A DNA stretch of 64,000 nt from Spirochaetes bacterium RBG_16_49_21 (GTDB lineage Bacteria; Spirochaetota; UBA4802; UBA5550), in the NCBI GenBank assembly GCA_001829495.1, contig MIBJ01000037.1:107443-171442 (forward strand), written 5' to 3'. The translations under genes were made by a program, and so were the position numbers. The notes beneath the pieces were generated by a model. The model worked only from the letters and a program-made list of their open reading frames with translations, was not told where the DNA came from and searched no databases. Positions 32,143 to 41,889 of the stretch are shown in pieces (within the stretch, counting starts at the first letter, position 1; each line of letters opens with the position of its first letter).

Positions 32143-35100
32143 CTATCGCTTCTTTCTACGCCCGGCTTTCTTTCCCACGGACTCAAGCCGCTCTTTAACG
32201 ATGTGCTTTTCCTCGGCGCGTACCGTCTCATATATATCCTGGTGCGGGTCTTTCCTGACCGTATCCTCGATCTCATATTCCATCTCCTCGAAGGTCGAGG
32301 ATGGAAATCTCGACCGCTGGAGCTCACGCTCTTTTTTAGAAAGTACCCTTTTAATATCGGAAAAGATGTTGTACAGAATGGGCGTAGCGAAGAGCGTGAT
32401 CAGGGTGCCGAAGGCCAGCCCCCATGAAAGGGAAAGCGCCATGGGCACAAGGAAGGGATCGTATCCTCCGATCCCGTAAGCGGTCGGCACGAGCCCGAAA
32501 AAGGTCGTTATTGTGGTAAGGAAAACAGGACGGAGCCGTGTGGTTCCGGCTTCCAGGGTCGCCTCGATGGGAGAAAAACCGCGGTTTCGCGTAACCTTGA
32601 TGAAGTCGACCATGACGATGGAGTCGTTGACCACGACGCCGGCGAGTCCCACAACGCCCATGAGCGCCAGGAAGGAAACAGGGAGCCCGTGGGCGAAAAA
32701 GGTCCAGATCACCCCGACGAATGAAAGCGGGATGACGTTCATGATAATGACCGGGTGCGCGAGGGAGCGGAAAATCGCCACGAGAATTATATAGATCGCG
32801 ATGGCCGCCACCACGAATGACTTGAGGAGGTTGTTGATCGATTCGGAGGTGTCCTTGAATTCCCCCTCGTAGCTCACGATGACTCCCGCGTGGCGCTCCT
32901 CGATGCCGGCGAATTTGCGCTGCACGTCACGGTTAACCTCAACCGACGATACCCCCCGTGCGCGCTCATCGATCTCCGCGGTCACCGTAACCACCCTGCG
33001 CCAGTCCTTTCTTTTGATAACGGATATTCCCTCGTTCGGAATGAATCGCGCGACTTTTGCAAGATGGATGAGCTGCCCCGACCGGTTGGCTACTTTAACC
33101 CGTTTTACGCTTTCAATATTTCCGCGCAGCCTCTCCGGGAAGATCACCCGGATGTCGATCTCCTCGTCGGATTTCTTTATCTCGGTGGCCACGGTACCCT
33201 CGAAGCAGGAGCGGATGGTTGTGGCGATGTCATATACGGTGATACCCGTCATGGCTGCGAGCCTTTCATCGATCACAACCCGCAGCTCGTCCTTCATCTC
33301 CTCGAAGTCGTCCTTAACGTCTTTGAGGCCCTTTATTGTCGAGAGGTGGCTCTTAAATTCTCCGGCGATTGACCTGAGTTTGGCGAAATCCTCACCCTTG
33401 ATGGCGATGCTTATGGGCTTGCCCACGGGAGGGCCCGTTTGCACCATGCTCATTTCAAGCTTGATGAACTGCTTTTCGTACGCCGCCGAGTTTTTCCTGA
33501 TCGCATCGAGTATTGTGCCGGCGTCCCTCTCCCGCTCCTGGAAGGGTGTAAGGTACACCATGATGATGCCGTAATTGGATCCGCGCTTGGTATAAGGGTC
33601 GGCGGGATTCTCCTGGATAATTCCGGCCCGCGTGGTGTAGGTGTCCAGCTCCGAGGCGGGAAGCGCGCCTATGACGCGCTCGATGTCGCCGAAGCGCCGG
33701 TTCGTCTCGCGGACGCTGGTCCCCACCGGGGTTTCGGCCTTAACCACCAGAACCTCGATGCCGCCCTGGGGAAAAAGAATGAATTTCATTTGGATCGCCG
33801 CTAAGATAAGGGTTCCCCAAAATATGATGCCGATTATAACGGCGAATAGGTATCTATGTCGGAGCGCGTATTCCAGGGCTGATCGGTACTTTTTCTTGAA
33901 AAAGAGGAACAGCAGGCCCTCCTCGCTGTTGGCTCCCGATTTGCGGTTCGGGTTGAGACGCTCGATATCGTAAATATGTGACGGTAGGATAAGCATGCAC
34001 TCCATCCATGAAGCAATGAGAGCTATAATAACGACGGCGGGAAGGGCCCACATGAATTTTCCCATAATGCCGGTCATGAACATCAAGGGCATAAAGGCCG
34101 CTATTGTCGTGAGCACGGTGCCCGCCACCGGCGCCATTACCTCGGCGGTCCCGTCAATCACCGCTTTCTTCAACGGTTCTCCCTTCTCAAGGTGGCGGTA
34201 GACATTCTCCGCCACAACAATGGCGTCATCAACGAGCATACCGAGCACCATGATCAGCCCGAACATGGTCATAAGGTTAATGCTCATGCCGTGATACGCC
34301 ATCCAGATGAAGGTGACGAAGAACGCGAAGGGAATGCCCAGCGCGGTGACGATGGATATGCGCCAGCCAAGAGACGCGAAGAGCACCAAGACCACGAGAC
34401 TGAATCCCACGATGCCGTTGTTCACGAGAACGCTCAGCCTGCGCTTGACATAGTACGAGATATCGTTGAATTCCGATATCTCGTACTCTTTCGGAAGAAG
34501 CTTCTTGAACCGTTCGGTTTCATTCCTTATTTTATCGACAATGCTTATGATATCCGCCGATTCCTTCTTGATAACGGTGAGCACTACGGATTTTTTCCCC
34601 TTTACGTTGTCGATTATCTTCTCTTCCTCGAACGAGTCCCGCACCGTGGCCACGTCGCGGACGAGAATGCTTCTTTCCAGCTCATTGGTGCGAATCACCA
34701 CGTTTTCAATTTCGGGAGCCGTCTGAACCTCGCCTATAGTTCGAATGACGACCTCGCCGCCGGGACTCTTTATGATCCCCCCGGGGAAGTTGAGGTTTTT
34801 CCGGGAAAGGGCGATTATTACCTCGTTGACGGCCACATAATTGGATTCGAGACGCTCCGGGTGTACCTCCACGATCATTTCACGGTCGCGGTAGCCCTTC
34901 TTGTCTATCCTGCCCACGCCGTTGATCTCAAGCAGGCGGTCTTCGAGGATCTTAGCGTATCGCCGCAGCTCGAATTCGTCCGCGTCGTTTTTGACGCCCT
35001 TGCGGTTGAAGAGGGCTATCTCCAAGACGGGCGTCATGGCGGTGGTGATCTCTACTGTTTCGGGCTGTTCGGCGTCCTCGGGGAGATCGGTTACAAGATC

Positions 35101-35442
35101 CACGGCATTTTTGATATCATTGACGGTCTTGTCCTTATTTTCAAGATCGGGATCGAGCTTGACCGATATTATCGAGTAGGCCTCGATGGAGCTTGAGGAT
35201 ATCTCCTCGATGCCGTCCACCTCCCGCAGCTTGTCCTCAATGGGAATGCTGATGTGCTTCTCCACGTCCTCTGAAGTGGCTCCGGGATAGATCGTGGTCA
35301 CGACCACAAAATCAAACTCAACGCGGGGGAATGCCTCCCGCTTGGCGGTGAAAATAAACATGATACCGGCGATGAGAACGCCTACGGAGAAGATATTCAC
35401 CAGAAGAGAGCGTTCGGCAAAATAGGCGACAAGGCGTTTCAT
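32143..35442 (-). CDS. RND-superfamily efflux transporter permease (AcrB/HAE-like) with a ~60-aa charged C-terminal tail
   Basis: 1099 aa with a 12-TM AcrB-like layout and two large periplasmic loops (blocks FPRVEFDFVVVTTIYPGATSEDVE, LGMLVDDAIVVAENV, GLAGVVVNDSIVMVDF). There is no adjacent membrane-fusion or outer-membrane-factor gene. Confidence 0.88.
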   Translation of the reverse strand: MKRLVAYFAERSLLVNIFSVGVLIAGIMFIFTAKREAFPRVEFDFVVVTTIYPGATSEDVEKHISIPIEDKLREVDGIEEISSSSIEAYSIISVKLDPDLENKDKTVNDIKNAVDLVTDLPEDAEQPETVEITTAMTPVLEIALFNRKGVKNDADEFELRRYAKILEDRLLEINGVGRIDKKGYRDREMIVEVHPERLESNYVAVNEVIIALSRKNLNFPGGIIKSPGGEVVIRTIGEVQTAPEIENVVIRTNELERSILVRDVATVRDSFEEEKIIDNVKGKKSVVLTVIKKESADIISIVDKIRNETERFKKLLPKEYEISEFNDISYYVKRRLSVLVNNGIVGFSLVVLVLFASLGWRISIVTALGIPFAFFVTFIWMAYHGMSINLMTMFGLIMVLGMLVDDAIVVAENVYRHLEKGEPLKKAVIDGTAEVMAPVAGTVLTTIAAFMPLMFMTGIMGKFMWALPAVVIIALIASWMECMLILPSHIYDIERLNPNRKSGANSEEGLLFLFFKKKYRSALEYALRHRYLFAVIIGIIFWGTLILAAIQMKFILFPQGGIEVLVVKAETPVGTSVRETNRRFGDIERVIGALPASELDTYTTRAGIIQENPADPYTKRGSNYGIIMVYLTPFQERERDAGTILDAIRKNSAAYEKQFIKLEMSMVQTGPPVGKPISIAIKGEDFAKLRSIAGEFKSHLSTIKGLKDVKDDFEEMKDELRVVIDERLAAMTGITVYDIATTIRSCFEGTVATEIKKSDEEIDIRVIFPERLRGNIESVKRVKVANRSGQLIHLAKVARFIPNEGISVIKRKDWRRVVTVTAEIDERARGVSSVEVNRDVQRKFAGIEERHAGVIVSYEGEFKDTSESINNLLKSFVVAAIAIYIILVAIFRSLAHPVIIMNVIPLSFVGVIWTFFAHGLPVSFLALMGVVGLAGVVVNDSIVMVDFIKVTRNRGFSPIEATLEAGTTRLRPVFLTTITTFFGLVPTAYGIGGYDPFLVPMALSLSWGLAFGTLITLFATPILYNIFSDIKRVLSKKERELQRSRFPSSTFEEMEYEIEDTVRKDPHQDIYETVRAEEKHIVKERLESVGKKAGRRKKR

Positions 35443-35528
35443 ATCGGTAATTCCTGTAAAATTATTATAAATTACATTTTTTTATTAGAAAAGTCTTGTG
35501 TGAAGAGGATTTTTTATTTTATTTTATG

Positions 35529-35544
35529 TAACTACTCAGCTATT
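35529..35544. repeat. 16-nt motif TAACTACTCAGCTATT, with an exact inverted copy at 53354-53369
   Basis: 16/16 identity as a reverse complement. Both copies read AATAGCTGAGTAGTTA on the coding strand of the next downstream gene (RND pump; second methyltransferase), and both are adjacent to palindromic elements. Confidence 0.75.
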
Positions 35545-35566
35545 AATCTTGAAAAAAGTAACGGTA

Positions 35567-35673
35567 ACCGCCGATTCACGCCGATGGTTCGACAGGCTCA
35601 CCAACCGATTTGCTTGATGGTAAAAAGCCATCCGGTTGCCGAGCGGAGTCGAGGCAGCGTCCATCGGCGGTTC
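35567..35673. repeat. Palindromic intergenic element with AACCGCCGAT...ATCGGCGGTT ends and a ~75-nt internally self-complementary core
   Basis: AACCGCCGATTCACGC (35567-35582) and GCGTCCATCGGCGGTT (35658-35673) pair at their ends. The core contains GGTTCGACAGGCTCACCAACC and the partly complementary GGTTGCCGAGCGGAGTCGAGGC. It belongs to the same end-family as 19681-19724. Confidence 0.8.
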
Positions 35674-35700
35674 CATTATTATACCTGAGGAGTTACAATC

Positions 35701-36576
35701 CTAATAATAAAAAGCAAAACGCAATCCCGCTCCGCTCCCGCTGAACGTGGGGCTAAATTCGACATTGCTCCCTCCGAGGCCGAGCTTCCTGTTCACCAGG
35801 CTGCGGAACGAGCTCCCCACCGTTGAGCCGATGGCATACCCCATGAGGAATCCCGCTATATTGTCTGACATCCAGTGGGCCCGCGTCATGGTCATACCCA
35901 CGGCCGTATATCCTATGAGGACGAAGCCGATGATCTTGATCCACCACTTGTCCGGATAGTAGCTCATGAGTGAGGCCATGGTCGCGGTCGTTATGATCGT
36001 ATGGCCGCCCGGCCATCCGTTGAATACGCCGCCCCGCAGATACCCGAACCGGAATACCCGGCTTTGATTGCGCATATCAAGATACCACTTCTCCTCAGGG
36101 CCGGGCCTTCCCGTAAGCCCCTTGAGTATCGTGGTGTAGGTGATGCTGATCAGGGTCGACTGGAGTATCGCGCATGCCGCGCCCAGGGCCTCATCGCTGT
36201 TATGGGCATAGCCGTAAACGAGGAGCGGCGTTGACAAGACGAGCCAGATCGTTGCGCCTGAGTATATGACCGGAGTGAAATATTTTTGGTAACTCCGGTA
36301 GCTCTTAGCCCGTTTAAATATAAGATAGTCCCAATCCTCGTCCACCATAATGATCGTGGCAGCGGCTGCGCCCAGGTGCAGGAGCGTGGTGGGACCGACG
36401 AAGCTGTTGTATATATTGTTACCCAGGTTCGAGAAAGGAGAGAGGGTGATCGATTCACTTTGGTCGGCCGGAGCGGATTGAAATAATGATTTCTGGTTCT
36501 GTTGGAGGGATTCTCCTGAGCTGATACATTCGAATATTATGATAAAAAAAATAATTTGTATAAGAATATATTTCAT
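35701..36576 (-). CDS. PAP2-superfamily membrane phosphatase
   Basis: Three acid-phosphatase motifs are present: KGLTGRPGP, WPGGHT, TRAHWMSDNIAG. N-terminal signal/TM and several TM segments. Confidence 0.8.
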   Translation of the reverse strand: MKYILIQIIFFIIIFECISSGESLQQNQKSLFQSAPADQSESITLSPFSNLGNNIYNSFVGPTTLLHLGAAAATIIMVDEDWDYLIFKRAKSYRSYQKYFTPVIYSGATIWLVLSTPLLVYGYAHNSDEALGAACAILQSTLISITYTTILKGLTGRPGPEEKWYLDMRNQSRVFRFGYLRGGVFNGWPGGHTIITTATMASLMSYYPDKWWIKIIGFVLIGYTAVGMTMTRAHWMSDNIAGFLMGYAIGSTVGSSFRSLVNRKLGLGGSNVEFSPTFSGSGAGLRFAFYY

Positions 36577-36633
36577 ATCTTAGTGGAATTCTTGACCGGT
36601 ACAAATGAATATACGTTATGGAACCAGTGATTT

Positions 36634-36672
36634 AAAATCAACAATAATTCAATTAAAATTATTGTTGATTTT
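36634..36672. promoter_or_regulatory. Perfect 16-bp AT-rich palindrome (AAAATCAACAATAATT - 7 nt - AATTATTGTTGATTTT) in the divergent PAP2 / miaB promoter region
   Basis: Read directly from the sequence: arms at 36634-36649 and 36657-36672, ending 37 nt upstream of the miaB ATG. The flanking genes diverge, so it is not a terminator. Confidence 0.4.
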
Positions 36673-36709
36673 TTCACATAAAAATTTCTTTTAAATAATA
36701 AAAGTAAAA

Positions 36710-38038
36710 ATGTCCTTAAAAAAAACCTACTACATAGAGACCTTCGGGTGCCAGATGAACAAAAACGACTCCGAGCTTATGGCCCTGTCGATGCTGGAGC
36801 ACGGCTTTGAGCCTGCCGAAGATCTGGAGCATGCGGAGATCGCCCTGTTCAATACCTGCTCGGTCCGGGAGCATGCTGAAAACAGGGTCATATCACGGAT
36901 ACGCTCACACCGGAAAAAAACGAGGGGGCATGACCGTGTTACCGTAGTCGCCGGATGCATGGCCCAGAGGATCGGCACCGAATTGATCGAGTCCGGCATA
37001 GCGGATATGGTCGTGGGACCGTACCAATCCCCGGAGATCGGCAGGCTCATTGTGAGCCATTTCATGGACCGCAGCAGGGACCGGTTCCTCTCGCAGGATA
37101 CCGATGACCTTTCTCCGAGAATCAACCTGCGGCTGTCAGCGATCAGGGACGCTCCTCCCTGGCACCGGTGGGTCACCATAACCCATGGGTGCGATAACAA
37201 CTGCTCCTACTGCATAGTACCGCTGGTCCGCGGCAGGCTTATATCCTTCAAATCGGCGACAATACTTGAGTACATCCGGCACCTCGCCGCAAACGGAATA
37301 CGGGAAATCACGCTCCTGGGCCAGAACGTCAACCAGTACGGGGCGGACAGCAGCGATCTCCCGTTCCATAAACTGCTGGAGGCGGCGGCAGGCATTGAGG
37401 GGATAGAGAGGATGAATTTCCTCACCTCGCATCCCAAAGATTTTTCCGTTGATATCCTGCTCGTGATCAGGGACCACCCGAACATCTCCCGCTCCATTCA
37501 CCTCCCCTTGCAGAGCGGCTCCGACCGCGTACTCGGGCTGATGAGCCGCGGGTATACCCGCTCCCAATATCTGTCCCTGGTGGAACAGATCAGAAACCGT
37601 CTGCCCAGCCACTCCCTGTCAACCGACATCATCGTGGGATTCCCCGGCGAAACGGAGAGCGAATTCGAGCAGACCCTTGCCGCTGCGGAGCAGATCCGCT
37701 TTGACGACGCGTATACGTACGCGTATTCGCAGCGACGCGGAACGCCCGCATACTCAATGGCGGAATCGATAACCCGCGAGGAGAAGGTCGGCCGTCTGAA
37801 GCGCCTCATCGCCCTGCAGAGAAGCATATCCCGCCGGAAGCTTGATGAGAAGATTGACCGCGTGGAGGAGGCTATAATCGAGCGGCTCAGCAGAAAATCG
37901 AGCGAAGAGGTCATGGGAAGGACATTCCTGAACCACGTCGTGATAACGCCGGGGACAAAACAGGATATCGGCAAGAGAGTCAAGGTACGAATCCAGGGTG
38001 TCAGAGGCACCGCGCTTCAGGGAACGAGAATTGCATAA
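36710..38038 (+). CDS. miaB: tRNA-i6A37 methylthiotransferase MiaB
   Basis: UPF0004 N-terminus YYIETFGCQMNKNDSE, radical SAM motif GCDNNCSYCIVP, and a C-terminal TRAM domain. Confidence 0.92.
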   Translation: MSLKKTYYIETFGCQMNKNDSELMALSMLEHGFEPAEDLEHAEIALFNTCSVREHAENRVISRIRSHRKKTRGHDRVTVVAGCMAQRIGTELIESGIADMVVGPYQSPEIGRLIVSHFMDRSRDRFLSQDTDDLSPRINLRLSAIRDAPPWHRWVTITHGCDNNCSYCIVPLVRGRLISFKSATILEYIRHLAANGIREITLLGQNVNQYGADSSDLPFHKLLEAAAGIEGIERMNFLTSHPKDFSVDILLVIRDHPNISRSIHLPLQSGSDRVLGLMSRGYTRSQYLSLVEQIRNRLPSHSLSTDIIVGFPGETESEFEQTLAAAEQIRFDDAYTYAYSQRRGTPAYSMAESITREEKVGRLKRLIALQRSISRRKLDEKIDRVEEAIIERLSRKSSEEVMGRTFLNHVVITPGTKQDIGKRVKVRIQGVRGTALQGTRIA

Positions 38039-39053
38039 ATCGATCATTTTATCCTGCATCTGCATAATCATCGCGGCGGGCGCCGGGCTTGCGAAGAGCG
38101 GGTATACACCGGAAGAGAGGCTCGTCCTCGCGGACCGGGAAACATTCCCCCCCGAGGCCGTAAAGAAATACAAGTCGCTTGTGGATAAATTCAGGCATTT
38201 TAAAAAAAATGACTACGCACAGCACAGGATATGCGAAATACATTATCTGGCGGCCGACTGGCAGGAGCTGAAAAATGAATCCCTCAATGGGAAGAAATAT
38301 TTCACCCGGAGCAGATACCGGCGTAATTTCATGGTTTTCCTCGTCCTTGCGGAACTGGAGCTCGGGGAATATGATGAAGCCCAGCGGGAATGCGAACGCC
38401 TTATCGCGCTCAATCACGACTATAATAATCTTGCGGCCGCGATTCTTCTTCTGGCCCAGGTCCATAAAAAAAAGTCGGGGTTTTCAAAGCAGTATATCAT
38501 CACCCTGCGGCAGATAGCCTCCGGATTCCCGGGATCGAACGCGATGCAGACGGCGCTCTTTCTCCTGGGGGAATTCTACGAGAATAAAAAGATGTACGAC
38601 GAATCCTATTCAGCCTATTCGGATCTGGTGTCGAAGTATCCCGGATCCCCTGAGGCTGCGGAGGCGACAAAAAGAATCGGATCCCTGATGAAATACAATC
38701 CCCGAAGCGTATACTACCTGCCGGGGAAGCAGATCATCGACGAGACCGCAAGCATCGACATCAGCCCGGAGACCGATCTGCCTCACGAGAAGGATCCCTC
38801 GGTATTTTATTCATTATCCGTGGGCCCTTTCAACTCTCAAAGCGGCGCGGCTGAAATAAAAAAGCTGCTCGCTGAATATGATTTCATCAAGACCGTCCGG
38901 CTGAAGAAGGGCTACGCCGTATACGTGAGCAGGTGCCCGGATGAGGACTCGATTCTTAAAATCAAAATACGGCTCGCCGAGGAATACGGGATCAACGGCA
39001 GAATCGTCCGCATCTTTGTTGATGAGAAGAACTCATATATTTACGGTGATTAG
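37998..39053 (+). CDS. TPR-repeat protein with a C-terminal SPOR (peptidoglycan-binding) domain
   Basis: N-terminal hydrophobic anchor (IILSCICIIIAAGAG), TPR-like helical repeats, and a C-terminal SPOR-like segment YSLSVGPFNSQSGAAEIKKLL...GYAVYVSRCPDEDSILKIKIRL. The start is uncertain: ATG at 37998 overlaps miaB by 41 nt, and an in-frame TTG lies at 38031. Confidence 0.75.
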   Translation: MSEAPRFRERELHKSIILSCICIIIAAGAGLAKSGYTPEERLVLADRETFPPEAVKKYKSLVDKFRHFKKNDYAQHRICEIHYLAADWQELKNESLNGKKYFTRSRYRRNFMVFLVLAELELGEYDEAQRECERLIALNHDYNNLAAAILLLAQVHKKKSGFSKQYIITLRQIASGFPGSNAMQTALFLLGEFYENKKMYDESYSAYSDLVSKYPGSPEAAEATKRIGSLMKYNPRSVYYLPGKQIIDETASIDISPETDLPHEKDPSVFYSLSVGPFNSQSGAAEIKKLLAEYDFIKTVRLKKGYAVYVSRCPDEDSILKIKIRLAEEYGINGRIVRIFVDEKNSYIYGD

Positions 39054-39055
39054 GC

Positions 39056-41632
39056 ATGGACTCAAAGCTTACTCCTGCGATGAAGCAGTATCTGGATATA
39101 AAAAAAAAGCACCAGGAAGAAATACTCTTCTTTCGCATGGGGGATTTCTATGAGATGTTCTTCGAGGACGCCCGTACCGCCTCAAAAATCCTTGATATCG
39201 CGCTCACCTCGCGCCAGAACGATATCCCCATGTGCGGCATCCCCTTTCACGCAGCCGAGAGCTACATCGCCCGGCTTATCAAAGCCGGGAAGCGCGTAGC
39301 CATCTGCGAACAACTCGAGGCGCTCCCCTCAAGCGGCCCCGTGGTCCGGCGCGATGTCGTGAGGATCGTCACCCCCGGCACCGTGGTCGAGGCGAACCTA
39401 CTGCCGTCGGATGAAAACAATTTCCTTGCGTCGATCATCATCGATACGGAGAGCATCGGACTGGCCTTTGTCGACATATCGACCGGGGACTTCTACCTCT
39501 CGACCATAGAAAAATCAATGGAGCTCTTCAGGGGCGAAATCGTCAAATTCAATCCGCGTGAGGCGGTCCTGTACGAGGGGGATTCCCCGGACGGCGCGGC
39601 TTACGCGGAATACATCAGAATGCGGGATATTCCCGCGTACCGGATCAACGAATGGCTCTATGACAGGGACTTCATGACCGGCGTCATATGCGAGACGTTC
39701 GGGATCTCGGGCACCAAGGGACTGGGGATTACGGCGGATCTGGACATCATGACCGCGGGCGCGATTCTGCAATATCTCAAGGATACGCACAAGAAGGCCT
39801 TCGGCCACCTGAAATACCCGCGCAAGATACTGTCCACGGACGCCATGGCGCTCGACGACGCCACGATCTCCAACCTGGAGCTGATCAGGAACCTGTCCGA
39901 CGGATCCAAAAGCCGCACTCTTTTTTCCGTGCTCGACTATACCCGGACCGCAATGGGCAAAAGGAGCCTTGAGCGGAATATTTTACAACCGCTTCTGGAC
40001 ATGTCGAAAATCGAAAAACGCCTCGACATTGTCATGTATTTCCATGAATACCATGAGCTTGCCGGCCAGGTCCACGGATATCTTAAAGATATACACGACA
40101 TCGAGAGGCTCATATCCCGGTTTGTCGTGGGCAGGACGTTCCCGAGAAATTTCATAGCCCTTATGAACTCGATCGAGGCTGCCATGAAGATCAAACGGAC
40201 GCTGTCCGGGCAGCCGCACGATCAGACGAGGGAGCTGGCCGAATCCCTGCCGAATCTCTCGAGCCTCGGCGAGCGCATAAGCTCCACGCTCGAGGAAGAG
40301 CCCGCCCTATCCCCCGAACACGGCAGGGTCATCAGAGAGGGGTTTAACGCCGAGCTTGACCGCATCTACGACTTAAAGGCCAACGCAAAAAACTGGATAA
40401 TCGCGTACCAGGAGGATGAGAAAAAACAGCTCGGGCTGGCGAGCCTCAGGATCAGGTACAACAAGATCCTCGGCTACTTCATCGAGGTGAGCAAGGGCCA
40501 GGCCGGAGGCGTTCCGGAGTCGTATTTCAGAAAACAGACCCTGGTCTCATCTGAGAGATTCACGACGGAGAAGCTTCAGAATTTCGAATCCGAGATTCTG
40601 TCGGCCAGCGAGAAAATTATCCGGATCGAAAATGAGGAGATCGAAAAGCTGCTCGGGTCAGTCCTGAATGCCAAAAACGGACTCCAGGCCGCTGCCGAGG
40701 CGATCGGGAATATTGATTTTTTCATTTCCCTCTCCTTCGCCGGCATAGAGAACCGATTTGTACGGCCCTCATTTAATCTTGACGGCATAATCCACGTAAA
40801 AGAAGGAAGGCATCCGGTCGTGGAAAAATATTACGCGAAGGAAGCCTTCATCCCGAATGATATCAGTCTCGATAACGACGAAAACATCATCAAAATAATA
40901 ACCGGACCCAACATGTCGGGAAAATCAACGTACATACGGATGGCCGCCGTCATCCAGCTCCTTGCGCAGATAGGCTCCTTTGTCCCGGCAAAGGAGGCCA
41001 ACCTTGCCATTGTGGACCGGATTTTCACCAGGATCGGCGCCTCGGACAACATCGCGCGGGGCGAGTCGACCTTTCTGGTTGAGATGAACGAGACAGCAAA
41101 TATCCTGAACAACGCCACTGAAAAAAGCCTCATCATCATGGACGAGATCGGCAGGGGCACCAGCACCTACGACGGACTGTCGATAGCGTGGGCAGTTGCC
41201 GAGTATATACTCAGGTATCTGAAAACGAAAACGCTGTTCGCGACCCATTACCACGAGCTCACCCAACTCGGCGGCAAACGGGGGATCGTGAACTACAACG
41301 TGCTGGTGAAGGAGCACCTGAGCGGCGTAGATTTCCTCCATAAAGTGGTGCGGGGGGCGGCGGACAAGTCCTACGGCATCCATGTCGCCAATCTCGCGGG
41401 AATACCCCGGCCGATCATCGGCAGGGCCGAACAGATTCTCCAGAGGATGGAAAAGGGAAGGCGCAGTATTAAATCCGCAAATCCCGACGAGGAAGACGCC
41501 GCCGAACAGCTTGAGATATTCAACGCCGCCAACCACCTGGTCATTCAGGCGATCAAGACCATCGAGGTGGATACGCTCACGCCGATTCAGGCGCTCAATG
41601 AGCTGAACAGGTTGAAGAAGCTTATCGAGTAA
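39056..41632 (+). CDS. mutS: DNA mismatch repair protein MutS
   Basis: N-terminus TPAMKQYLDIKKKHQEEILFFRMGDFYEMFFEDA, Walker A GPNMSGKST and DEIGRGTSTYDG. Length 858 aa. Confidence 0.95.
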   Translation: MDSKLTPAMKQYLDIKKKHQEEILFFRMGDFYEMFFEDARTASKILDIALTSRQNDIPMCGIPFHAAESYIARLIKAGKRVAICEQLEALPSSGPVVRRDVVRIVTPGTVVEANLLPSDENNFLASIIIDTESIGLAFVDISTGDFYLSTIEKSMELFRGEIVKFNPREAVLYEGDSPDGAAYAEYIRMRDIPAYRINEWLYDRDFMTGVICETFGISGTKGLGITADLDIMTAGAILQYLKDTHKKAFGHLKYPRKILSTDAMALDDATISNLELIRNLSDGSKSRTLFSVLDYTRTAMGKRSLERNILQPLLDMSKIEKRLDIVMYFHEYHELAGQVHGYLKDIHDIERLISRFVVGRTFPRNFIALMNSIEAAMKIKRTLSGQPHDQTRELAESLPNLSSLGERISSTLEEEPALSPEHGRVIREGFNAELDRIYDLKANAKNWIIAYQEDEKKQLGLASLRIRYNKILGYFIEVSKGQAGGVPESYFRKQTLVSSERFTTEKLQNFESEILSASEKIIRIENEEIEKLLGSVLNAKNGLQAAAEAIGNIDFFISLSFAGIENRFVRPSFNLDGIIHVKEGRHPVVEKYYAKEAFIPNDISLDNDENIIKIITGPNMSGKSTYIRMAAVIQLLAQIGSFVPAKEANLAIVDRIFTRIGASDNIARGESTFLVEMNETANILNNATEKSLIIMDEIGRGTSTYDGLSIAWAVAEYILRYLKTKTLFATHYHELTQLGGKRGIVNYNVLVKEHLSGVDFLHKVVRGAADKSYGIHVANLAGIPRPIIGRAEQILQRMEKGRRSIKSANPDEEDAAEQLEIFNAANHLVIQAIKTIEVDTLTPIQALNELNRLKKLIE

Positions 41633-41715
41633 GGGAGTTTTTTGTATGGAATTTACTTGATTTTTTGCCGATTCTATAATAGACTTGTTGCGAAACTACC
41701 GTCTCGCGCACGGGG

Positions 41716-41738
41716 AAGCCCCCTTGCGGGGGCTTTTT
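41716..41738 (+). terminator. Rho-independent terminator downstream of mutS
   Basis: AAGCCCCC-TTGC-GGGGGCTT stem-loop (41716-41735) running into TTTTT (41734-38), 84 nt after the mutS stop. Confidence 0.75.
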
Positions 41739-41889
41739 AAGGGGCTCCGACCGAGACGAACAGGATGTTCGCCTGCCGGCACGAAACAGGAGGTTTCAAT
41801 AAAGCCGGCCTTAGACCCCGTTAAAAAAATTAATTATGCAACAAATCTATTTAACCGACAAAAGGATGTTTAAATAATCCAGAGGAATA

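Noticed and set aside
35560-35700. tRNA, tmRNA or RNase P-like sequence (GGTTCGA-like string at 35588), and other structured-RNA genes in the intergenic regions.
   Set aside because: There is no cloverleaf arrangement, no T-loop GTTCGAATC context with an acceptor stem, and no conserved RNase P, SRP or tmRNA blocks in any spacer over 100 nt. The string is part of a palindromic repeat.
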